Origin: Malacoraja senta
Taxonomy: Eukaryota
Reading direction: 5' to 3'
Length of the DNA: 64,000 nucleotides
Assembly (NCBI GenBank): GCA_038087875.1
Contig: JAXLNO010003865.1
Span: 62,001-126,000, forward strand
The notes below the pieces were generated by a model. It was given only the letters and a program-made list of their open reading frames with translations, was not told where the DNA came from and did no database searches. Numbering within the stretch: position 1 is the stretch's first letter; each line of letters starts with the position of its first letter. Shown one piece after another: positions 13,181-21,497 of this stretch. A program made the translations under genes and the position numbers.

Positions 13181-14486
13181 TTCAGGACACGAAAAGCGAC
13201 GAAAATTCAGCACGCGAAAACTGACAAAATTTATGAACATGAAAAGCGACGAAAATTCAGCACGTGAACAGTGATGAAAATGCTGCATGCGAAAAGCTTG
13301 TGAAAGTAATGAATTTCAGAAAGAGAAAAGCGACGAAAATTCAGCCGCGAAAAAGCGACGGAAATTCAGCAAGCGAAAAAGCAACTAAAATTCAGCACGC
13401 AAAAAGTGACGAACGTTCAGTATGCGAAAAAGCGATGACAAAGAAAACACGCGAGAAGCGACGATACTTCAGCACATGAAAAGCGACGTAAATTCAGGAC
13501 GCAAAAAGCGATGAAACTTCAGCATGCGAAAAGCGATGCGAACTTCAGGGACGCGAAAAGTGATGAAAATGATTCTCTTCTACTATTTATATATATTTTA
13601 ACTTCAGCACGTCTAATGGTCATAGGGCGAAATGCAACGAATCCAGGATGCAAAAAGTGACGGAAATTCAGCACGTGAAAAGTGACAACATTTCAGAACG
13701 TGAAAAGCGACGAAATTCAGCACGCGAAAAGCCATGAAAATTCAGCATGCGAAAAGCTACAAAAATACAGCACGCAAAAAACAATGAAAATTCAGCACAC
13801 AAAAAGCGACGTAAATTCAGGATGCGAAATGCAACAAAACATCGGGACACATAAAGCAACGAAAATTTCAGCACGTGGAAAAGCGACAAAATTTCAGCAC
13901 ATGAAAAGCGATGAAAATTCAGCCTGCGAAAAGCAATGAAAATTCAGCACGTGAAAAATGATGAACCTTCAGAACGAGACAAGCGACGAAAATTCAGTAC
14001 GCGAAAAGCGACGAAAATTCAGCACGCGAAAACTGACAAAATTTATGAACATGAAAAGCAACGAAATTTCAGCACGCGAAAAGTGATGAAAATTTTGCTT
14101 GTGAAAAGCTACAAAAATACAGCACTCAAAAAGCGATTAAAATTCAGAACGTGAAAAGCAACGAAAATTCAGCATGCGAAAAGTGACAAACATACAGGAC
14201 GTGAAAGGCGACAAAAACTCAGCCTGCGAAACGCGATGAAATTTAAGCACGACAAAGTGATGAACCTTCAGGACGCGAAAGGCGACCTAAATTCAGCACG
14301 CGAAAAGTAACGAAATTTCAGAAAGAGAAAAGCGACGAAAATTCAACATGCGAAAAGCGATGGAAATTCAGCATGCGAAAAGCGACGAAAATTCAGCACG
14401 CGAAAAGTGATGAAATTTCAGAACGTGAAAAGCGACTAAAATTCAGCATGCAAAAATGACGAACCGTCAGTATGCGAAAAGTGATG
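13181..14486 (-). repeat. Inverted block of the 25-bp satellite
   Basis: Abrupt switch from CTTTTCGCA to TTCAGGACACGAAAAGCGACGAAAATTCAGC at about 13181. Reverse-complement monomers continue to the array end. Confidence 0.95.
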
Positions 14487-14977
14487 GCCATTTAAATCAT
14501 CTTGCGAGTGGGATTTTGTGGAACGCGCTGGTTTGGAACGCTGCGGTTGCACTGAATTAAACCCCAATAAGGGCAGAAAAATACAGCCGGTTGGTATATT
14601 TAAACAATCACATTTTCGCAACGAAATTTTTATTAAAGGCATCCTAAGAAGCAAGTTTATATGAAAAAAATAAATGGTGTACCTTGCCTTGTCCCATACG
14701 TGAAATCCGTCCCCGTTGTCGGCGTTTACGGCATTTGAAGATGATTTTAATTTTACTCCATCAATTAAATTACAAAGCGCTAATATTAATAAACTTAATA
14801 AAACGGCAGTCAAAGCAATTTTTCTTCATCAACTATTTAGCCTGTTCAAGATCGTTTAGAACAGGCTGCCGAAATATCGCATTTTAAACCCGCCCCCCTC
14901 TCAAAGGCGCCAAAGTCACGCACACGGGCAGTGACAGAACTGCAGCGCCGCTGAAGGTAAGTTTTGTAACATACCTA
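14487..14977. mobile_element. Possible truncated non-autonomous DNA transposon (one terminus only)
   Basis: CpG-containing non-satellite segment ending ...CTGCAGCGCCGCTGAAGGTAAGTTTTGTAACATACCTA and abutting the satellite. No partner terminus seen in the window. The call rests on composition and an element-like end only. Confidence 0.3.
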
Positions 14978-15052
14978 GATGTAGTCACAATGATTAAAAT
15001 GGAAACAACAGAAGATAATGATTATCTATGAAAGAATATTTCACGTTCTTAC

Positions 15053-15319
15053 CACAGATTATGGTCTTCCCATCGGGCAGGCTGCTGTGATCGACATGAC
15101 AGGAATACTGTTTCCCATCATACGGATCATACTCAAGGACAGACCTTAGATGATATGTTCCATCGTTGTTGGGTACGACCCCAGAAGATTTCGTCTCAGA
15201 GACATGTTGACCATTCTGCAACTAGCTGACTTTGATGGCCGGTGGGTAAAACCCAAACACAGTGCAGTACAGGACTGAATGATCATCAGGGCGGGCAGCT
15301 AGAGTGACCTCAGGGGAAA
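15053..15319 (-). pseudogene. MHC class I-like alpha3 (Ig C1-set) exon with premature stop
   Basis: Acceptor ttgtag at 15321-15320, donor gtaag at 15052. The 267-bp phase-1/phase-1 exon translates (V)SPEVTLAARPDDHSVLYCTVFGFYPPAIKVS*LQNGQHVSETKSSGVVPNNDGTYHLRSVLEYDPYDGKQYSCHVDHSSLPDGKTIIC. It has both Ig Cys and the GFYP, PNxDGTY and YSCxVxHSSL motifs. The conserved Trp is TAG at 15224-15222. Confidence 0.85.
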
Positions 15320-15424
15320 CTACAAGACAGTAAGTTGGTTATTTTCACCTTCAGTAAAACGTGCAGTCACCCATCACAAACTATTCTTCAGTCTACTACA
15401 ACCACCAAGTTACTGTCTACATCT

Positions 15425-15835
15425 GCCCCATTTTGCCTCTTTCGTCACCATCAACCAACCACGTGGTTTAAAAGGGATCGCACGCTCCCTGTTATGACAG
15501 TACACAAGAAAGTTTGAAAGTACGTACCATTAAATTCAGGAACAGCTTCTTCCCCGCTGTTATTGGACTACTGAATGATTCTCATGTAAGATAAGATGTT
15601 GCCCTGATCTTCCAACCAATCTCATTGTGATCCTTGCAACTCTTTTTGATCTGCACTTTCTCTGTAACTGTAATGCTGATATTGTAACCCGATATTATGC
15701 ACTCTGAATATTTTTCTCTTTGCACTGATCTATTTGTGGATGGCTTGATTGCACATGTGTAGTATGATCTGATTGGATAACACACAGATAAACGTTTGAC
15801 TATATCTCAGTTCACGTGACAATAATAAACTAATA
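15425..15835 (+). mobile_element. Rex1/Babar-type LINE 3' end, degenerate
   Basis: AAAGTACGTACCATTAAATTCAGGAACAGCTTCTTCCCCGCTGTTATTGGACTACTGAAT encodes an RxxNSFFPAVIxLLN-like C-terminus, followed by a 3' UTR ending GTGACAATAATAAAC. Confidence 0.6.
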
Positions 15836-15994
15836 CCAACGGCAAATCTTTTCACTAGGGCACATTATTGACAATAATAAATAATTGACAAGTTACGAAA
15901 TGAGGGCCAATTGGGGAGGGGACAAGCTTAAAATTGGCAGCATTTTCACTCCTCTTCAATAGGAGATAAAAGAGACCAGTCATTTGTTTACAAA

Positions 15995-16207
15995 ATCTCT
16001 TTTTGCAGAGTGTGGTCATTCTCTGGCGCCAGAGATTTGTGAAGACAAAATCATTGGAAGCATTTAATATGGCGGTAGTTAAACTTTTGAAAGATTGGAG
16101 AATTGAGTGCAATGAGGAACTGGCACCGAACAGGAGTTGATGCCTGATGAACTTCAGCCATGGTCATATTGAATGGTGGGCAGGTTAGAGGACCAAATGG
16201 CTTACTC
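15995..16207 (+). mobile_element. CR1 LINE 3' tail fragment
   Basis: Similar to the 3' end of the CR1 at 20380-20600: CAGCCATGGTCATATTGAATGGTGGGCAGGTTAGAGGACCAAATGGCTTACTC versus CAGCCATGATCACATTGAACGGCGATGCTGGCTCGAAGGGACGAATGGCCTACACC. Confidence 0.6.
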
Positions 16208-16322
16208 GGAAACTTGATAACTGAGGAGAAAACCAGGCTTGTGAATGATCGTTCCATAAGCTAGGGTACTGTCCAATTGACCATTACCCCATTACAGACA
16301 GTGGACTTTGTTTATGGAACTA

Positions 16323-16440
16323 TGCAGGAAGGAACTGTAGATGCTGGTTTCAAACGCAGATAGACACAAAATGCTAGAGTAACTCAACGGGTCAGGCAGC
16401 ATCTCTGGAGAGAAGGTGTCACGTTTTGTGTCGAAACCCT
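16323..16440 (-). mobile_element. Penelope-like element terminal fragment
   Basis: GAAGGAACTGTAGATGCTGG...GACACAAAATGCTAGAGTAACTCAACGGGTCAGGCAGCATCTCTGGAG matches the same module at 17520-17600, 33931-34045 and 35305-35430. The last of these is continuous with GIY-YIG-associated sequence. Confidence 0.6.
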
Positions 16441-16584
16441 TATCTAATGGAACTGGTGTGCTACATTGCTGAGAACTATATGCCACACTATGTACCTTCC
16501 CCTTTGCTCTACCTACAGTACTTGAGATGACTTGATCATATATATGTATGTTGTTATCTCATCCAATTGGATATCATGGAACTG

Positions 16585-16862
16585 TACCTGGAAAGTTGCT
16601 GCCTGACAGTACCACAGACCAAAGTTCAATCCTGACAATGGGTGCTGTCTATATAGAGTTCATATATTCTCTCTGTGACCATGTGCGTTATCTCCGGGTG
16701 CTACAGTTCCGTCACATTCAAAGACGTGCAGGTTTGTACGTTTTTTGGCTTCTGTAAATTGTCCCTAGTGTGTAGGATAGAACTAATATTTGGGTGCTCG
16801 TTAGTCAGCACAGGTTCAGTGGGCCAAAAGGCATATTTCCATGCTGTACCTCGAAATAAACG
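16585..16862 (+). mobile_element. HE1/V-SINE-like SINE
   Basis: tRNA-like head with B-box-like AAGTTCAATCC, central V-domain-like TCTCCGGGTGCTACAGTTCC...CAAAGACGTGCAGGTTTGTA, and tail GTGGGCCAAAAGGCATATTTCCATGCTGTA. Confidence 0.65.
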
Positions 16863-17519
16863 TGACAATAATAAACCGAAACTTATCCCTGTGCCTATCT
16901 GTAGATTAGTGTCACTCATACTGTGGCTCCGCCCACAGGCTTATTAGACAGCTCTCTCTCTCTCTATGGTAGACTGGTAGTAAGCATGCTGAGAAGAAAG
17001 CACCTTGTGTTTCCTCTGCAATGTCACTAATAACCACTATGTGTGAGTTTGATCATTCTTCCAACACTATATCTTGTGTTGTTACGTCTCTGGAACTAAG
17101 TGGTAGCTGCGCTTAACTTTGTTGTAGCATAACTGTTTATGCTGAACAATTCATGAAAAAGTCTAAAAAGGATTAAAAAAACAAGTGATTCCAGCATGTT
17201 GAAAGATAATTGGGACTGCTACGTAATGGGGTGGCACTGCGGCACAGTTCCAGTGACGAGGGTTTGGTCACAATCTTGAAACAGAAAAACTTTAACTGAG
17301 GCAGGCGCCTCTACTTCATCAATCCAGTGCTGTTATGACACTGGGCCTTAACATGAGAATATTAGAAATTGGGTATTTCCTTAGGGCAAAATCACTTCTC
17401 AGAAACTTGAAAGCTGCAAGACAGTCCTGGAATGTGGTGGATCTCTGCGTGCTGTTCCAGAAGAGGACGAGTTGTACTTATGTACAGTATGACTTGACTG
17501 GGGGGAATGCAGAACAACC

Positions 17520-17845
17520 ATTTCACTGCAGATAGACACAAAAAGCTGGAGTAACTCAGCGGGACAGGCAGCATCTCTGGAGAGAAGGGACGGGGTGTCC
17601 AGTATCTGCTGTTCCATCCAAACCATTTCACTGCATCTCTGCATGCATGAAACTAAACAGAGTTATATAAAATGCAGCACATACTGCAGTACTCAAGTTG
17701 GTCAGGCTGTCATGATTTTGCAGGTGGATAACTTAACTGTAATTTAAAAAAAACAAAAAACGTGCAGGTGTATCTCAGTGGCTCAGGCAGCATCTGGAAG
17801 ACATGGTTATGTAATCTTTCAGCTTGGGATCCTGCTTCACACTTC
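17520..17845 (-). mobile_element. Two Penelope-like terminal fragments (17520-17600 and 17760-17845)
   Basis: CTGCAGATAGACACAAAAAGCTGGAGTAACTCAGCGGGACAGGCAGCATCTCTGGAGAGAAGG and CTCAGTGGCTCAGGCAGCATCTGG match the PLE tail module. Confidence 0.5.
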
Positions 17846-18054
17846 TTGCATCTGTTCTTTCTGTCTTCAACTTAACAGTTGAAAGGACCAGTTCTTTTAT
17901 CGACAGGGAATGCAACTTGTTGAATGTGGAATTGAGTTTGAAAGGCTGCAACGTGTCCAGACAGACGCTGAGTTGTTGGTCCTCAAGGTTACTTTCACCC
18001 TTGTTATCCTAGTGTAAAAACTGATATTTCTGTCCCTGATTATTGTTTCTAAAA

Positions 18055-18366
18055 AGAGTTCCCACGGTAGAATCACGAGTCACAAAGTTAAACGCACGGG
18101 CCACTACGTTCTTACAACGAGTTTAAATGTTTCAATTTTTAACCACAAGAGTAAATTTTACTCGTGGAAAAGTTCAAACATTTTTGAACTTTTTCAAGAG
18201 TTAACAAGTTTCTCGAGTACCTCCCGTTAGCGCCAAGAGTCGCTAAGTTGCGTCCACGAGTTCCCACGTTCCCGCTACGTTAATTGTACGTGATTACCAC
18301 GATTTAAATTTGTTTTAAACTCGGGGTACCTCGTGGGTCAGCTCGCACAGTGAGACAGGGGTTTTA
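18055..18366. mobile_element. MITE relic with one TIR (GTGAGACAGGGG)
   Basis: CpG-rich 300-bp segment with CACGAG/CTCGTG subterminal motifs, ending CAGTGAGACAGGGGGTTTTAG. It shares the GTGAGACAG core with the right end of the 47188-47635 MITE. No left TIR found. Confidence 0.45.
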
Positions 18367-18544
18367 GTATGTATGAGAATCTTGCAGAGGAACTCCAATG
18401 TATTGTAAATGCATGAATTTGATTGGATTGCTGCAAAGCGATTGTAAATAATGTAAATACTGTTGCAAGACAGTTACTCTGCTGTATGTTGCTTGGCCAG
18501 AGTGTTAAAACCTGGCAGAATTGTTTTGTGTTCCAGGGTAAATC

Positions 18545-18920
18545 TCCTCACTTCCCCGTTACTCTCTCCCCCTCCCCTCAAATCCAGCACTAAAGATAAC
18601 TAATATAGTGGAGGCGAGAGATTTTTCTCTCCTCTCCTTTCCTCTCCCCCCTCCCTTCCCCTCCCCTCGTCTCTCCTCATCCCCTCATCTACTCCCCACA
18701 TCTCCTCTTTTCTTCCCCTCTCCTCCTCTCCTCCCCTCCTCTGCACCCTCTCCTCTCCCCATCACCTCTCCTCTCCTCTCCCCTCTTCTCACCACTCCTC
18801 TTGCCCCTCCCCTCCACTCTTCTCTCCCCTACTCTCTCCGCCTCTCCTCCTCTCTCTAATATTCTCCCCTCCCCTCCTCCCCGCTGTTCTCCACCCCGTC
18901 TCTCTTCTGCTCGCCTCTCT
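18545..18920 (+). repeat. CT-rich polypyrimidine tract with conserved spacer
   Basis: CTCCT/CCCCT low-complexity sequence. Spacer CAAATCCAGCACTAAAGATAACTAATATAGTGGAGGCGAGAGATT at about 18579-18623. Confidence 0.9.
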
Positions 18921-20620
18921 TCTAAGGAAGTGGTTCTAGAAATCGTGGATGCATTGGTGATAATTTTCCAATGTTCTATAGATTCAGGATCAGCTCCTGT
19001 GGATTAATATAGAAACATAGAAAATAGGTGCAGGAGGCCATTCGGCCCTTCGAGCCAGCACCGCCATTCATTGTGATCATGGCTAATCGTCCCCTATCAA
19101 TAACCCGTGCCTGCCTTCTCCCCATATCCCTTGACTCCACTAGCCCCTAGAGCTCCATCTAACTCCCTCTTAACTTGCAGGGTAGCTAATATTATCCCAC
19201 TTTTTAAGAAAGACGGGACAGCGAAAACAGGGAATGATAGAACAGTTAGCCTGACATCAGTGTTGATGAACATGCTGGAGTCAATTATAAAAGATGAAAT
19301 AGCGGCATATTTGTATAGCAGTAACAGGATCGGTCCGAGTCAGCATGGATTTACGAAGGGGAAATCATGCTTGACTAAACTTCTGGAATTTTTTGAGGAT
19401 GTAACTAGGAAAATCAACAAGGGAGAGCCAGTAGATGTAGTGTACCTGGACATAAAAAACATTTGATAAGGTCCCACATAGGAGATTAGTGGGCAAAATT
19501 AGGACACATGGTATTGGCCCTGGGTAGAGTGCTGACATGGATAGAGAAGTGGTTGGCAGACAGGAAACAAAGAGTAGGGATTAACGGGTCCCTTTCAGAA
19601 TGGCAGGCAGTGACTAGTGGGGTACCGCAAGGCTCGGTGCTGGGACCGCAGCTATTTACAATATACATCAATGATATAGATGAAGGGATTCAAAGTAACA
19701 TTAGCAAATTTGCAGATGACACAAAGCTGGGTGGTAGTGTGAACTGTGAGGAGGTTGCTATGAGAATGCAGGGTCACGTGGACAGGTTGGGGGAGTGGGC
19801 AGATGCTTGGCAGATGCAGTTTAATGTGGATAAATGTGAGGTTATCCACTTTGGTAGCAAAAACAGGAAGGCAGATTACTATCTAAATAGCGTCAAGTTG
19901 GGAAAAGGGGAAGTACAATGGGATCTGGGTGTCCTTGTTCATAGGTAAATGAAAGTAAGCATGCAGGTACAGCAGGCAGTGAAGAAAACAAATGGCATGT
20001 TGGCCTTTATAACAAGAGGAGTTGAGTATAGGAGCAAAGAGGTCCTTCTGCAGTTGTACACAGCCCTAGTGAGACCACACCTGGAGTATTATGCACAGTT
20101 TTGGTCCCCTAATTTGAGGAAGGACGTTCTTGCTATTGAGGGAGTGCAGCGTAGGTTTACAACGTTAATTCCCGGGATGGCGGGACTGTCATATTCTGAG
20201 AGAATGGAGCGGCTGGGCTTGTACACTCTGGAGTTTAGAAGGATGAGAGGGAATCTCATTGAAACAAATAAGATTATTAAGGGTTTGGACACACTAGAGG
20301 CAGGAAACATGTTCCCGATGTTGTGGGAGTCCAGAAACAGGGGTAAGCCATTTAGAACGGAGACGAGGAAACACATTTTCTCACAGAGAGTTGTGAGTGT
20401 GGAATTCTCTACCTCAGAGGGTGGTGGAGGCCTGCTGTCCAGATACTTTCAAGAGAGAGCTAGATAGGGTTCTTAAAGATAGCGGAGTCAGGGGATATGG
20501 GGAGAAGGCAGGAACGGGGTACTGATTGGGAATGATCAGCCATGATCACATTGAACGGCGATGCTGGCTCGAAGGGACGAATGGCCTACACCTGCACCTA
20601 TTGTTTATTGTCAATTGTCT
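18921..20620 (+). mobile_element. CR1 LINE, 5'-truncated, disrupted ORF2 reverse transcriptase
   Basis: ORF pieces 19107-19466, 19508-19948 and 19949-20467 give RVANIIPLFKK, SQHGFTKGKSCLTKL, VTSGVPQGSVLGPQLFTIYIND, SKFADDTKLGG and RPHLEYYAQFWSP. Frameshifts and stops lie between the pieces. ATTGTC-like tail ends near 20620. Confidence 0.95.
19008..19172 (-). mobile_element. CR1 3'-tail fragment nested antisense inside the CR1
   Basis: ATAGAAACATAGAAAATAGGTGCAGGAGGCCATTCGGCCCTTCGAGCCAGCACCGCC is the reverse complement of the CR1 3' end. The host RT sequence (…CCTGTGGATT / …AGGGTAGCTAATATT) resumes on either side. Confidence 0.85.
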
Positions 20621-20624
20621 TTCC

Positions 20625-21450
20625 ACTATTCCACTCCCTCTCTCTCCCCTCCCCTCAAAACCAGCACTAAAGATAATTGCAATATGGACTAGGTGAGAGA
20701 TTGTCTCACCTCTCCTCTCTACTCTCTCATCTCTTCTGCTCCCCTCTCCTCACCTCACATTTTTCCCCTCCCCTCCACTCCCCTCTTCTCTCGCCTCTAT
20801 TCTTCATCCTTCCTCTCTCCGCTCCTCACCTCCCCTCCTCTCTGCTCCCCTCAATCTCCCGCTCCCCTCCGTCTCCCTCTCCTCTCCCCTCACCTCTCTA
20901 CTCCCCTCTCCTCTCTCCACTACTCCATCTCCTCTGCTCCCCTCTCCTCACCTCACCATTTGCCCCTCCCCTCCCCTCCCCTCTTCTCTCCCCTCTCCAT
21001 TCCTCTCCTCTCCGCCCTCCTCCTTTCCTCTCCTCCCCTCCCCTGTCCTCTCCTCCCTGCTTCTCTCTCTCCCCTCCCCTCAAATCCTGCACCAAATATA
21101 ATTGTAATGTAATGGAGGTGAGAGATTGTCCTCCCCTCCTCCCTTCTCCTCTCCTCTCCCTTCCCTTTAACTCCTCTTTCAGCTCTCCTCCAGTCTCCTC
21201 CCCTCTCCCCTCCTCTGCCTCCCTCACCTCTCCCTCCCTTCTCTCCTCTCGCCCCACCCCCCACTTTTCTCGCCCCTCCTCTCCTATACATTCCTCTCTT
21301 CTCTTCTCTCCCCTCCTCCCCTCTCCCCTCCTCTCCTCACCTCCCCTCTCCACCACACTACTCCCCTCCCCTACCCTATCCACCTCTCTCCTCTCCCTTC
21401 TCCTCCCCTCTCCTCTCCTCCCCTCCCATCCCCTCTCCCTCCCCTCCCCT
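20625..21450 (+). repeat. CT-rich polypyrimidine tract with two conserved spacers
   Basis: Low-complexity CTCCT/CCCCT. Spacers ...CCAGCACTAAAGATAATTGCAATATGGACTAGGTGAGAGATTGTC (about 20656-20705) and ...CCTGCACCAAATATAATTGTAATGTAATGGAGGTGAGAGATTGTC (about 21080-21130). Confidence 0.9.
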
Positions 21451-21497
21451 CATTGTTTGCCTTACTGATCTATACAAATATATTTGGTTAAAAAAAT
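21451..21497 (-). other. Displaced copy of the PRDM9-like intron/exon acceptor junction from 23910-23956
   Basis: CATTGTTTGCCTTACTGATCTATACAAATATATTTGGTTAAAAAAA versus CATTGTTTGCCTTACTGATCTAAAAAAAGATATTTGGTTAAAAAAA. Confidence 0.85.

Larger units (their letters stand above)
1..14486. repeat. 25-bp satellite array (left), consensus TGCTGAATTTTCGTCGCTTTTCGCG
   Basis: TGCTGAATTT recurs at 121, 146 and 171 (25-bp period). Continuous degenerate monomers run to about 14486. T-rich orientation 1-13180, A-rich (inverted) orientation 13181-14486. Interrupted by a MITE at 9419-9970. Confidence 0.97.

Noticed and set aside
170-14154. Dozens of 60-120 aa ORFs (MLNFRRFSHAEFSS..., MKIQHAKSDENSA...), also throughout 39797-63923
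   Set aside because: They are translations of the 25-bp satellite. The same peptides recur in all frames, with no splice or domain support.
1-14486. CRISPR-like appearance of short regular repeats
   Set aside because: Monomers are directly tandem with no unique spacers, there are no cas genes, and the context is vertebrate.
17775-18008. Minus-strand open frame after a ttacactag acceptor (DNKGESNLEDQQLSVCLDTLQPFKLNST...)
   Set aside because: No recognisable domain and no convincing donor, and its last third is a Penelope-like tail. It may be chance. A BLAST search would settle it.
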